Assembly (NCBI GenBank): GCA_963845755.1
Contig: CAWJTV010000006.1
Location: forward strand, 64,001-128,000
Length of the DNA: 64,000 nt
Source: an uncultured Planctomycetota bacterium
GTDB lineage: Bacteria; Planctomycetota; Planctomycetia; Isosphaerales; Isosphaeraceae
Reading direction: 5' to 3'
The position numbers and the translations under genes were made by a program. The notes beneath the pieces were generated by a model. That model had not been told where the DNA came from, did not search any database, and saw only the letters and a list, made by a program, of their open reading frames with translations. This document shows, in pieces, positions 41,975-53,962 of this stretch (position 1 is the stretch's first letter; each line of letters begins with the position of its first letter).

Positions 41975-43672
41975 TCCCTCAGCGGTAATCTGGGGTCCCA
42001 AGCAAGTGGGTGGACGATCCGGCGAGTAACCCCACTCGCTCGCGTCCACGTCGCGACCGATGTTCATCGCTCTGCCGGCCTGCCTCAAGACCAATTTCGA
42101 AAATCGGCGTTCAGGACCAGCGAGCGGCGATTTCGGCAGGGTGGCGGGAGGTCGATTACCCTGAGCCTCTCAGTCGGCCGGCCCGCCGAGGAAGCTGGGT
42201 CGACCGATGGCCACAGTGGGTTTGCGAACCAGTTGACCCGAGGACGACCACTGCCATGGGATCGCCCGGTCCGGCCTTCCACAAATGGGCGGAGGTTCCG
42301 GCAGCGGCGGGCTTCTTGGACGGGGCCGGGGTCGGCCGGGACCACGAGCCTCGCGGTTGGCATGCCTGGCGATGGGGCCGCCCAAGGCGGTCGCGAGGTG
42401 GCTGCTCGCGGAGACCGGAATTCCTGGGTCTCGAGGCCAGCCGCGCGGAGACCGTTTCGGGCGGCCCCGCCGATGACGACCATGGGCCGCCAGGCCAAGG
42501 CACGCCTCGAGGCGGCCCCAGCCGAGTCGTGTCGACGATCCAGGCCACCCGGTCAAAGAGGGGGCCGCCCACGGCGGTCGCCGTCGTCGCTGTCGGAGGA
42601 GACCCGCAACGGATTGGGTCTACCAGGCCAGCGGCCGGGCGACCGTCCTGCGGCGGCCCCACCGTCTTCGACCGGCGATCCAGGCCATCCGGTCCTCTGG
42701 GCAGGGCCGCCCAAATTGGTCGCGCTCGTAGCGGCCGCGAGACCGCAACCCGGTCGGAATCTCTTCGCCAGCGTCCGGGCGACCGTCGCCGGCGGCCTCG
42801 ACCTGCAAGTCCGGGGCGGCGCGACCCGCAGGCCCCGGAGTCCGGGACAACCGATCGTGGCGCCGCGGCGCGAAAAGACCCCCAGGTGGCCCCTCCGGAT
42901 AACGGACCCTGGACCGGGTACCTACGCGGTTGCCAATGTTGCCATTCCTATTCCCGCCGAGCCGATCGTTCCCGGTATCGTCAACCGGCTCGATGCCGCC
43001 GGCTCCATCAAGGGGACAAGACGCGGGACGAGACTCGGGCACAGATGCGACGGCTGGGGAAATCAACACGATGGTCACCCCGAGCTCTTGCGGGATTTGC
43101 CGACCCCCGAGGCCGGCCACCAGGGAACGCGATGGCCCGGCTCGACCGATGGTGCTGCGAGGCTGAGCCGCCGATGAATGAACGGGCTAGGGGACGACAT
43201 GGCTCAGGGTGGCGACACAGGCGGGCCGCCCTAAACAGTCCTGAAGACGCTGCCGACGGAAACCAGAGCGGAAGGGGTTTCCGCAGCAGCGGCCATGCGA
43301 CTGCCCCGGGCGGCCCCCGGCACAGAACCCCCGGTGTCAAGGCTCCCGGTCTGTGAGGCGTCGCCAGCGACCCGCGGGCGGCAGGCCGATCCCATGGTCG
43401 ACGGCGGTCGGCGATCCAGGAGGCGGGTGACTGACGCGTCGAGTTCGGGACTACTGCGATGGGGCCCAGGAAGAGGATGTGTTGCACATCAGGACGCCGC
43501 CAATGGAGTCGTCAGGGGCTGTCTCCAGGGAGACGCTGAACGGATCGTGGTCTCTCTGCAGTGGCCGAGACGACTTCGGGGCGGCGGTCCCGGGACACTT
43601 GGGCGATGAGTCGGCACGGGCCGGCTGACGAGCACCCTCGCAACGCCCACGTGGATTGACGGGTCAGCGGGC

Positions 43673-43776
43673 CAGGCCGGACCAGCCCGGACCGGGACGC
43701 GTGCGGGACGCCTGGAACGGGTTCCCGCACGGTGTGGCCGATCGGCGGCTCCACGGCCCGGCGAATCGAGGCTTCG
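43673..43776 (+). repeat. 104-bp dispersed direct repeat, copy 2
   Basis: Matches 41067-41170. Confidence 0.85.
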
Positions 43777-44016
43777 ATCGGAGGGCCCGGCCACACGACC
43801 TGGAGGCACCTTGTCGCACTCGCCGCGCCTGGCCACGCCACGACAATCCGGTTGCCCCAGGATGGTGTTCATCCCGGTCGACCTGTCGCTGGTGAAATCG
43901 TCGGACCGGGTCTCGAGCCCGACGACCCGCCGACGCCAGGGTCGGATCGTCCCCTTTCGGTGGTTGGAAGTCCGATAGCTCGGCCCTCGACTCCACCCCC
44001 AGGACGACCCGGAGCG

Positions 44017-44111
44017 GTGCCGATTAGCGTTAATCGAGGTCGAGGCGGGCTGGCCTCCTGGGCTCTCGGTGCACGCGACCATGATTCCCGAGTGCCGATT
44101 AGCGTTAATCG
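44017..44111. promoter_or_regulatory. Two identical 20-bp near-palindromic boxes, 75 bp apart start to start
   Basis: GTGCCGATTAGCGTTAATCG at 44017-44036 and 44092-44111. Confidence 0.55.
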
Positions 44112-44200
44112 CCGTCGATGGGGGCCGGCCCGTCGCGGTGATGACAGACGAAATCGGACGACCAATCGCAACCGGCTCATCGTTCCGATTCGGCCCCTGA

Positions 44201-46189
44201 TCACCTCCCAACTGCAAGGCATCGCGCATCTCGGCCCTTACCGCACCCGAGTGAGATGGCGGGGCCACATTCCTGCACCAGGCCCAGGACGTCCAGGAAT
44301 GGTACGTCCGCCAGCGTGCCGAATCGCCCGTCCTTCGCGAGCTCGGTTCGGCTCGTGGCCGGCGACGTGAGACCGCAGAGGAACCGGGTGAGTTGTCGCG
44401 GGGCCGCCAGCGCCTCGTGCCCTTCGGACCGCAATGCGGCCACCAGGTCCCGTTCAGGACGGCCTAGATGCTGGACCGTCACCGTGGGCACGGGCCTCGG
44501 CGTCGCGCCGAGACAATGCCCGCAATGGCCGCAATTGTCATCCATGTCCTCGCCGAAGTGGGCCAGCAACCGACGCGTCAGGCAGCCCTCCGCCTGCGGC
44601 GTACTCCAACATGTTCCGCACGCGGGCGACCTCCCGCGCCTCCCGTTGCTGCAATCGCTCGGCCAGGAGCGAGCCCAGCCGGCGGAGGTCCGGCTCGGCT
44701 TGCAGGAGGCGATAGCCCTGTCGCATCCCACTCCTCTGGAGTACGAGCTCACCCTGGTCCTCCAGGGCGGCCAACGCCTCGACGATCCGTTGCCGCGGCT
44801 CTTGCAATGCCCGTACAGTCAGGGCCATCTCGAGCGACCACCAGGTGTGACCTCGGCGCGCCAAACCTAACAAGCGACGAAGGAATGCAGCCCGTCGGGC
44901 GTCGATTCGTCCCGTGATCGCTTCGATTGGCCTCTGTAGCTGGAATTTGTATTCGTTGCAGAATGATCCGGTCGCCACCAGGAGCTCTTCCAGCTCGAGG
45001 TAGGTCAGGAGTGTCTGCACGACCGATAGGCGGATGTCGTAGGTTTTCGACAGGTGGTATACGGAGACATCGAACTCGGAGCCCCGACCCAGCACCTCGG
45101 CCAGGAACCCCGCGACAGCCTCCGGCGTGGGCGTGTCGCCGTAGGCGAAGTTCTCCAGGGCTACGACGTCCTCGGCGCAGGCGAACAGCACGCAGCCGGC
45201 CGGCGCACCGTCCCGGCCGGCGCGGCCGATCTCCTGCGCGTAGCCCTCGGGACTCTTGGGGAGGTTGTAGTGGTAGACCGTGCGGATATCGGCCTTGTCG
45301 ATCCCCATCCCGAAGGCGATCGTCGCGACGATGATCTGGGATTCGGCTCCCATGAAGGCGTCCTGGATCCGGTGCCTCTGCTCGTCGCCCAGCCCGGCGT
45401 GATACGCGACGGCGTCGTAGCCGAGGCCGGCCAGCGCCTTGGCCACTTGCTCGGCCGTCTTCTGGAGCGTCACGTAGACGATCGCCGGGCCGGGAGGGCG
45501 GGATTCGAGGTGCTTCCGCAACAAGGGAAATCGGTCTCCAGCCCGACAGGGGATCGCGTGCAGCTCCAGGTTCGGTCGATGAAAGCCCGTGACGACGATG
45601 TTCCCTGCCTCGATCCGGAATGCCTGCGCGATGTCCCGGGCGACCCCAGGCGTGGCGGTCGCCGTCAACGCCAGCACACAGCCCACATCGAGCTGCTCGC
45701 GCCAGCCTGCGCCAGCTTGAGGTACTCGGGGCGGAAGTTGTGGCCCCACTCGCTGAGGCAGTGCGCCTCGTCGATCGCCAGCATCTTGATCGGATGCTGG
45801 GACAGGGTTTGCAAGATCCGCTCGCTGGCCAGGCGCTCGGGAGCGAGATAGAGCAGCTGGAGGCGGCCCGCGTCGAGATCGGCATAGATCTGGAGGGCCT
45901 CGGCGTCGTCGAGGCTGGAGTCGAGACGGGCGGCCCGGACGCCCCTCCTGACGAGCTGATCCACCTGGTCCTTCATCAGGGCGATCAGCGGCGAGACGAC
46001 CACGGTCAGGCCGTCGAGCAAGGCGGCCGGGAGCTGGTAGCAGAGGCTCTTGCCGCCGCCGGTGGGGAAGATCGCCAGCGTCGAAGCGCCGCCGAGCAGG
46101 CGGGTAATCACCATCTCCTGGCCGGGAAGAAAGCTGCGGTGGCCGAACACGACTTCGAGCGTGCGGCGAGCATCATCGAGGTTTGGCAC
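44201..46189 (-). CDS. recQ: RecQ-family ATP-dependent DNA helicase (frameshifts near 45705 and 44600)
   Basis: PTGGGKSLCYQLP, IDEAHC.SEWGHNFRPEY, LTATAT, ATIAFGMGIDK, QEIGRAGRDG, CGHCGHC. Confidence 0.9.
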
Positions 46190-46585
46190 GGACGATACAC
46201 CTTTCGGATCACGTGGGACGTAAGGGTTGTGGATCGCGGGCGATCACCCGGAGGCGATCCCCGCAAGATGGGCACTGAGCCCCTTGGATCGAGTTGCGCC
46301 GCCCGGCGATCTTCCACCTCTGGAGTTCATCGCCACCCAGGCCATGCGATCATCGTCGCGTCGGTGTCCAGGGCTCGTAGGGCGTCGAGTCGTTAAGCCG
46401 CGGCAGATCATCGACCAGCAGGCGCAGCGAGCTTCCAGGTCGATGTCGCCGCCCAGGCAGATGATAGGGCAGGCATCGCGTTTGCACCAAACGCACTCCA
46501 TCGACCCCAGCCCGCGTCGGTTCACGCTGCGGTGTATACGTCGCTGCGGATCTACACCAAGGTGCCCCGCGATGTCGCGCGGCGG

Positions 46586-47800
46586 TTATCCGTACAAGCA
46601 GCCGGCGCACCCACAGATCATGCAGCCCTTCCCCATGGGCGTCTTCCCCTTGCCCCGGCACTTCCAGCAGAGGACCCAGTTTTCGCAAGGGGGAGCCGTG
46701 ACCAGCCGGTAGATCAGGACTGCGATTGATCCGGCCCTCGCTTCCGCGCTCTCGAGGTGATGGCGAATCGTGAGATCGGCGTTCAGTAGCTCTTCCAGGG
46801 CCTCGATGTGCGGTTTGGCCTTTAGCTCGAGTCGCACCAGGGCATCGAAAATCGTGGGATCGGCGAGGTCGTCGCGAAGCGGGAGATCCTCCAGCGACGT
46901 CCCTTCGGTCGGCGGGGACGAGCCGGCAGGCCCGGGTTGCAGTCCACCGGTACCGTCCGACGCCGCGTGCTCTCCCGTGCCGTCGCGATCGTTAACGCCG
47001 CGCCGATTGGTCGGCACCGTCGAACTTCCCTTTGCGCTCACATGACCCGGATCCGACCCGCCACAGCGGCGGGTCGTGACCTCGGGCGATTCCTCGGCAT
47101 TCGCGACCCGCCCCGGTCGGGCATCGTCTCGCGATCTGGCGTCGTCGGGACGGCACGCCGTCTCTGGGTCCGACCGGGCCTCGGGCCCGGACGTCGCGGC
47201 CTTGCCCGGGGTGTCGGTAGACACGACCAGGTCGACGATGTCTCTGCCGGACCAGCCCTCGGTCGTCGGCTCGTCCACCGCGGCGGTCGTGGTGGGCTCA
47301 TTCGGTTGCGCCGTGGCCGACGCCGCCGCCGAAGCCGCCGGTGTGCGCCCTGAGACCCCCGACGTCGCGTCGCATCGACGCTCGGGTTTGCTCGTCGCGC
47401 CGTTCCCGTGATCGAGGGTGCGATCGCCCTCACGGCGGCAACCGGCGATCGACGCGTTCCCGGGTTTGGTCTCCCGGTCTTGACCGGTCGCCTTGTTCCC
47501 GGAAGGGAGCATCCGTCGCACGGCCTCGACCGTCAAATCCGCACGGCCGTGCGTTTCTCGCTTGATCAGCGCCTCGTGCGCCGCGAATCTCATGAACTCC
47601 TGCGTCGTTCGCTCCTTGAGGCCGCATCGCTTCAGGAACCCGATCCATTTACCGTGATTGCAGAAGCTCTTCGCCTCCTTAAGGCATTTACCCACGGCGA
47701 TCCGCGCGTCGATGGCAATACGGAACGCCTTACCGATCCTCCCGACATTTGACGCGATGCGCCTCTCGATCGACTTCAATTGTTGCGCCACCGGGAGCAT
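46586..47800 (-). CDS. DUF3102-like domain protein with low-complexity linker and C-terminal Cys cluster
   Basis: VGKCLKEAK...HGKWIGFL..CGLKERTTQEFMR; CWKCRGKG...GCMICGCAGC. Confidence 0.7.
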   Translation of the reverse strand: MLPVAQQLKSIERRIASNVGRIGKAFRIAIDARIAVGKCLKEAKSFCNHGKWIGFLKRCGLKERTTQEFMRFAAHEALIKRETHGRADLTVEAVRRMLPSGNKATGQDRETKPGNASIAGCRREGDRTLDHGNGATSKPERRCDATSGVSGRTPAASAAASATAQPNEPTTTAAVDEPTTEGWSGRDIVDLVVSTDTPGKAATSGPEARSDPETACRPDDARSRDDARPGRVANAEESPEVTTRRCGGSDPGHVSAKGSSTVPTNRRGVNDRDGTGEHAASDGTGGLQPGPAGSSPPTEGTSLEDLPLRDDLADPTIFDALVRLELKAKPHIEALEELLNADLTIRHHLESAEARAGSIAVLIYRLVTAPPCENWVLCWKCRGKGKTPMGKGCMICGCAGCLYG

Positions 47801-49328
47801 CGGCTCCGCGCCTTGAATGGGCCATTGTCGAATTTTGAGGGGGCTCAGCTTCGACGATCTCCCAGGGCTCGACGGCCGCGTCGCCGCCGCCGCAACTCGG
47901 GTCACGCGGGGTCAACTCCGGCGGTGCGCCGCATCCGTCAGCGGGAGGCGCAGCTCGTGACCGCTTACGCCGACGACCTATCGGGGCACATTTCGACCGG
48001 GCTTTCGCCATCCTGATCGATCTCCAGTCAGATGGTCGGGATTCGCGTCATTGTGTGACGACCTGATGCGCGGTACCCGGATTCCTCAGGACGTACCGCC
48101 TCCCCACGATCATCTCGAGATCCTCGAATTGGACCAACTCGGCAGCCTCGAGATCGACGTTCCGGGCGTTGCGCGAGGCGGCCTCTGGCCCAGCTCCAGC
48201 CGAGACGTCCTGGCCGTTTCCTCCGTCTTTCGCCGGGGCGGGCGTCCCAAGGCCGCCAACCCGGTCGCCGCCCCGTGGTGAGCCGGACGCCGCTCGAGCG
48301 ACGGGATGGTCTTGCTCGAACCGAGCCAGACGTTGATGTCCGCCCACGGCCGTCGCGCGGCCCGCCTGACCTCCTTTGATTGCCGGCTGTGGAATGGCGC
48401 AATGGTCACCCGATCGTCCAGATGGTCCGGTGTGGTGCCGGCGGAGTAAAGGACGAGGGTGCGGAGCATTCCCCGAAATCCAGCGGTCCATCTCGGTCTC
48501 GACAACTCGGAAGACGCGTCGGACATCATGCCCGGCGGCGCGTAGCCGCTCGATTAACGTGAGGCCGCCATTCCTGTCTCGAAGCGTCGGTGAAGAGGGA
48601 TCGGCCCACGCGGCCGGTGATCGTCCAGGAGCCTCCTGCCACCGCCAACCGATCTCAATCCGGCGTCCATCGTGGTAGGCATCGGTCGGAGAGGTTCGAG
48701 TCCTAATCTGATCTTCGTCCTGCCCGTCATCGTACCCGCCCGTGGTGTCTGGGCCGAAGATCGAGCGGTAGGTCTTTCCCGTGCACGCGCCGGCCACCGC
48801 CCGCGGCGCAGCGCCGAGCGGGCTACGCCGGGGCGAGGCCGAAGCGCCAGCGCGCCGAGAACCTGCCGACCCGATCGCCAGGCTCCAGCTCGGGCGAGGC
48901 AGCGATGTCGTCCCGACCAGGGTCGAGGCCGCGTCAATCGACGGGATCCGGCGTCGAATAGACCGCGAGTCCCTCGAGATCGAGCGGTGATGGATCGCCG
49001 ATCCTCCTGTTGACCCGGTCCAACCCATCGTCCGTCGCGGCGATCTCGATCAGGCGAGGCATTGAGCAGCGTCATCGACTCGACTACGACCGCCGTATCG
49101 ACCAAGGACGTGGCCGACCTGCCTTGGCCTGCCATTCGGCCTCGATTCGCGCCGGAAGCACCAGTGCGAGCCGAGGGATCGGCCCATCTTGCCCCGAATC
49201 CGGCACGAGATAGTCGATTGTCCGAAGGTGCGAGCGTGTGCATGATCTTGTCGGCGACGCTATCGTTGCTCGACGTCAGGGATTGCTGTTGATAGGGTTG
49301 CTTCAAGAAGAAAGAAAAGCCAATGACA

Positions 49329-49362
49329 GACAAACGGGGGGCCGTACTCGGCCCCGTTTGTC
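49329..49362. other. Strong stem-loop upstream of the Rep-like gene
   Basis: GACAAACGGGG(GG)CCG-TACT-CGGCCCCGTTTGTC in an AT-richer patch. Confidence 0.6.
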
Positions 49363-49485
49363 GATTGTTAGTTCTCTCTGAGCGCAGCGAAGAAGAGATG
49401 GTACTAAAGGAAGATTTAATACCAGTACGCGAGGATCGCCCATCGGCCTCGCTGGAACGCCTGAGGAGGGCCGGCGACTTCGCCG

Positions 49486-50508
49486 GTGACGCTACAGCGC
49501 ATGCGGTGCAATCCTGAACCTGATCCGGCGTGCGTGGCAGGCGACAGGTCCGGACGCTCCGGTCCCGGCGATATCGTTTTCAAGATCGCCCGGCCCCGTT
49601 TCTCGCTCCTCTCCAACGTCGGCATCGACGCCGTGCTCTATCCGCTGTTTGGCCGCGTTGGCAACCTCCAGCGGCGTCATCCCCAGGTCGTTCACCTGAT
49701 CGACCTCTGGCGGCGACGGGTCGCCGAGCTGGTCGAGGCCGGCTGGGAGCCCGGCGCCGACGACCGAGCCCTGGACCGGAGGGAGCGAAGGATCTCGCAG
49801 CTCCGCAATTGCAGCCCGCCGTTCGGCGCGGCGCGGCCGTCCAGCTCGTGCGGCCTCAGCTCGCTTTGCCCGTTCTGTTGGGGACGGGCCGCGATGACGA
49901 TCTGGAACCTCGCGGACAGGGTCTTCTTCCCGCCCGATCCGAGTACGAGCCGTCGCCCCGAGATGCCGGCGTGCAGCCTGGTCGAGACCAGTCGAACCCA
50001 TCGGATTCCAGGCCCGGATCCCGGGCTCCTCACCGCGTTCCTGGCCGACCGCGTCCGCAAGCCGCCGCGCGGCATCCCGTTCGGGCCGTTCTTTCGGCAG
50101 CACGAATTGCAGAAGTATTCGTCGCTCGGCGGGTACGAGACGATCGCCGTCTCGACAGACGCCCGCGGACGTGATCCGGGCGGCTGGGTCGTCGCGATCC
50201 GGCAGCTCCTGGCCGTGAATGCCGACCACCTCCACTTGTTCGTCGCGCCCCAATATCGGAACATTCGGGTCAGGGTCGGCAAGCACGGCCAGCCCGACCG
50301 CCGGGCCCTGGCCCGCGCCGTGGCGCGGCTCTGCCGATACCCGCCCTGGCTCCTACGCGGCAACCCCGAGCAGGTCATCAACTCGCTCACGGTGCGCGAG
50401 GGCTTGCGGCTCTGGGCGGCATTCGGCAACTTCCGCGGCGTCAGGCCCCGGGCCGACGAATCCATTCACGAAGAGCGAGCTCAATGCCCTTGCCAGACGA
50501 CGACGTGA
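49486..50508 (+). CDS. Divergent Rep_1-like (rolling-circle initiator-like) protein; start uncertain
   Basis: RISQLRNC, CGLSSLCPFCWGR, HLHLF, AVARLCRYP, GLRLWAAFGNFR in Rep_1 motif order. Confidence 0.5.
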   Translation: MTLQRMRCNPEPDPACVAGDRSGRSGPGDIVFKIARPRFSLLSNVGIDAVLYPLFGRVGNLQRRHPQVVHLIDLWRRRVAELVEAGWEPGADDRALDRRERRISQLRNCSPPFGAARPSSSCGLSSLCPFCWGRAAMTIWNLADRVFFPPDPSTSRRPEMPACSLVETSRTHRIPGPDPGLLTAFLADRVRKPPRGIPFGPFFRQHELQKYSSLGGYETIAVSTDARGRDPGGWVVAIRQLLAVNADHLHLFVAPQYRNIRVRVGKHGQPDRRALARAVARLCRYPPWLLRGNPEQVINSLTVREGLRLWAAFGNFRGVRPRADESIHEERAQCPCQTTT

Positions 50509-51377
50509 CGAACCGGCTCATGGCCCGCACGGCCTACCTCGGCATCTCGGGAATCACCCCGACCGTGGACCTGTTCCCGAAGAAGGTGCTTCCGTCCGGC
50601 CTGCACGACCCGGACTGCTACGACCTGACGAGGTTCCTGACGCACCTCGTGCGCCACACGTATGTAGGCTGCCGGAGGGCAGCCACCGAGGCCATCACGC
50701 GGCGACCCGATCACTATGGTGCTCATGAGCTCCGCCGATGGGACGGCGGCTACGACTGGAAGGGGCGGTACCACGCGCCGATCTGGGTCAAGGTCGCGAG
50801 GGCCATCCTGGACCGCGGCCTTGACTTCGAAGGGTACATCAATGCGGGATTCATACGCGTCGCCAACGCCGGATCTCCGTATCCCAACAAACTGCTCTCT
50901 CCCGCGGCCCTCGACCAATACCAGCAGGACGAGCAGGGAGAGGCCATCACACGGCGAAGAATCCATCGAGCTACGATGGGATCCCAATTCGCTCTCGAGT
51001 GCAGCCGGGCCAACCGTTTGTTCGGCGGGACATGGGCAAACGCGGTACTCAGCACACTCCGAGACCCGAGCAACGCCCTGCGTCCGTTCTTCCGTTACTG
51101 GGTCGCGGCGCAGTTCGACCGGGTGCAGCCAGAGTATCGCGAGGTCCTCATGGCGTATCGCCCCAAGGCTCTGCGTGAGTATGCGAGCTCCGTGCGAGCA
51201 TACGAGGTCGCCTACCGGGATCCTGATTCAACGGTGGTGTTGATGGAGTTCCGTCCGGTTGTCGAGAAGGCGCGGCAGGCCTTCGCCGAGCTTGTCGAGG
51301 GTGACCAGAGCCGATGGCTGCCGACCCCGGTCGGAGCATGGCCCGATGCTCGCCAGGCGGAAGCTGGTAGGCCTTAA
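50484..51377 (+). CDS. Hypothetical phage/plasmid-like protein
   Basis: 297-aa coding-like ORF overlapping the upstream gene; no motif recognised. Confidence 0.65.
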   Translation: MPLPDDDVTNRLMARTAYLGISGITPTVDLFPKKVLPSGLHDPDCYDLTRFLTHLVRHTYVGCRRAATEAITRRPDHYGAHELRRWDGGYDWKGRYHAPIWVKVARAILDRGLDFEGYINAGFIRVANAGSPYPNKLLSPAALDQYQQDEQGEAITRRRIHRATMGSQFALECSRANRLFGGTWANAVLSTLRDPSNALRPFFRYWVAAQFDRVQPEYREVLMAYRPKALREYASSVRAYEVAYRDPDSTVVLMEFRPVVEKARQAFAELVEGDQSRWLPTPVGAWPDARQAEAGRP

Positions 51378-52640
51378 GAATGAGGGGCGACCGATCCCCG
51401 GATGCGTCCGGGCGGGCTGCGGGATCGAGGATCAACCCCAAGCTCGGTACCCGTTAGTCCCCTTCCGGGACGATCGTCCGGTGGCATGGGCGACGGCCAC
51501 TCAAGGTCCGGTTCGAGATACGCCGCGACACCCGGGTAGCAGAGGAGGGCGGCGAAAAGCGGCCTGGATCTCTCCGGATTCGAGTTTCAGCGAGACCTTG
51601 CGTAGCGGAGGTCTCGGCGCCCTGCTCCGTCGATCGACTCAACCTGATGTGCCGGCGATACACATACGACGGTTGCGATCTGCACGCGTGCCGCGCCGGA
51701 GCCTTGCTTGTGTCCGCTGGCGTCGAAAACCGAGCGTGGGACGGCCGATATCGCTGGCGAATCCGGAGCGGCCGAATCGAGGATCACTCGACGCTCCTCC
51801 CCGACCTGCCCCACGCCCCGGTCGGGCGGCCTGCGTGCCCGCATTCCTGGCGGTTTCCGCTCGTCACATCCCCGGGCCATCGAATCTCCGGCCGTTTCGC
51901 CTAGTGATCGCACATTCCGTGGCCCCGTCGAATCACGTCGGTGCCCCTCCGCCGCCGCGTCGGTGCGCGTGCAGTTGGGTTACCGACGGGGCAACAGGCT
52001 GTGGTCGCGCCGAGTTGGCCGTTGATTTACCGCCACGGTGCTCGAGCGCTTCGCACGTCTCCATCATGACTCGTTAGATCGCGTGGGGGGGCCCCGCATA
52101 TTCGAGTAGGGCACCGTCCCGCGGCCAACCCGTCGTCAACGCTGCTTTGCGACGACCCGGCCATGCAGCCGAAGGATCGCTCCGGGAGAGAGGAATCCGG
52201 GATCGGGCTGCGACACCACGCACGTGGGCCGCTGCGCCGGCGGTTGGCCCTCGGCCGATCTGGAATCCGGGATTCCCCGGAATCGAGGTCGCGGCGGCAG
52301 GCCGGGTCCCTATGAAGGCCGGCCCTACGCCGACTTCGACGGATCGCATCGGGCGGCACCCTGACCGCAGAGCCGCCGTCAATCCGGCGAGTCCCGGATG
52401 GCGGCCGACGGCGTCGCCGCCGAACCGGTGGCCCGCAAGCCTCTCGCGACCCTGGCGGAGCCGTTCCGGGGATTTGCTCGCGCGGCGGGAGGATTTCAAC
52501 GGTTGGAACCCGTGAATCCTGCCCGCCGCGACCTGAAGTTCGTGCGACAGCATGCGATGACTACTGCGTCCGACTTCGACGAGGATGAGCGCGCTCAGCC
52601 GATGATGGGCTTAGGGCCGCGTCTCGAGAGGGGTGGCTAA

Positions 52641-53962
52641 GGAACCGCGAAAAAATAAGTTGAGCAATTTCGGGTTGCGGAATTATGCGGCTTCGACGAT
52701 CCTTGCCGCATGCAAGACACAACCACCATTGAGTGTATCCGGCAGAAGTACCTGGCGCTGTCTCCTGTGATGGACGAGCAGATACGCAGACTGTGGGTAG
52801 CTACTGAGGCTTCCGCCTTGGGTTGGGGCGGCGTCACGGCCGTCTCCCTGGCTACGGGTGTGGCTCGTAATACGATCGCGGCGGGGCTTCGTGAACTGGA
52901 AGATCGTCGTGCTCATCCGGAGCCGAGCCGCGCGTTGCGGATTCGTCGCCCTGGTGCCGGTCGCAAGCTCCTGACCGAGACCGACCCGGGATTGCAACAA
53001 GCTTTGGAGGTCTTGGTCGATCCGGCGACCCGAGGGCATCCGGAGTCGCCGCTGCGCTGGACCTGTAAGAGCACCAGTAAGTTGGCCGAGGAACTTCGGA
53101 ATCAGGGGCACGCCGTGTCGGACCGCGCGGTCGCTCACCTCCTGAAGAAGGCCGGCTATAGCCTGCAAGCCAATCGCAAGACGAGAGAAGGCTCCTCGCA
53201 GCCGGACCGCAACGCCCAGTTCGAGTACATCAACCGACAAGTGATCGCATACCAGAGGCGCAGTCAACCGGTCGTGTCCGTCAACACCAAGAAGAAGGAA
53301 TTGGTCGGCGAATTCAAGAACCCGGGTGAGGAATGGCAACCCAAAGGCGAGCCGGAGGAGGTCAAAGTCCATGACTTCCCGGACAAGAAGTTGGGTAAGG
53401 CGATCCCTTATGGGGTATACGACCTCGCTCATAACGAAGGCTGGGTCAGCGTGGGGATCGATCACGATACGGCGCGGTTCGCGGTGGCCAGCATCGGGCG
53501 CTGGTGGCGGGAGATGGGTTGCCGGCGCGTATCCGCGAGCTACGCAATTGATGATCACCGCGGACGGGGGCGGAAGCAATGGCAGCCGCAACCGACTGTG
53601 GAAGCTGGCATTGCAAGACCTGGCCAGTGACTTGGGTATGTCGCTGCGCGTGCTGTCACTTCCCACCGGGGACCAGTAAATGGAACAAAATCGAACATCG
53701 GCTCTTCTGCTTCATTACCAAGAACTGGCGGGGCCGGCCGCTGACGAGCTACCAGGTGATCGTGAACCTCATCGCGAATACGACGACGAAGACGGGCCTG
53801 ACGGTGCGTGCCCTCCTGGATACCGACGTATATGAGACCGGAATCGAGGTCAGTGACGAGCAACTTGCTAGCCTCAAGTTAACGCCGGCCAAGTTTCACG
53901 GAGAGTGGAACTACACAATCCGCCCCCAGAAATAATTGCTCAGGTTATTTTTTCGCTGTTCC
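52641..53962 (+). mobile_element. ISAzo13-family insertion sequence
   Basis: 29-bp TIR (26/29) GGAAC(C/A)GCGAAAAAATAA..TGAGCAATT; TAA duplication at 52638-52640 / 53963-53965. Confidence 0.9.
52710..53935 (+). pseudogene. ISAzo13 (Rhodopirellula-type DDE) transposase, frameshifted near 53520 and 53650
   Basis: TRGHPESPLRWTCKST, YSLQANRKT, KAIPYGVYD, ITADGGGSNG, PPGTSKWNKIEHRLF, FHGEWNYTI. Confidence 0.9.

Noticed and set aside
44017..44111. Possible mini-CRISPR (20-bp repeat, 55-bp spacer)
   Set aside because: Only two short copies, no third repeat and no cas genes; treated as operator-like boxes
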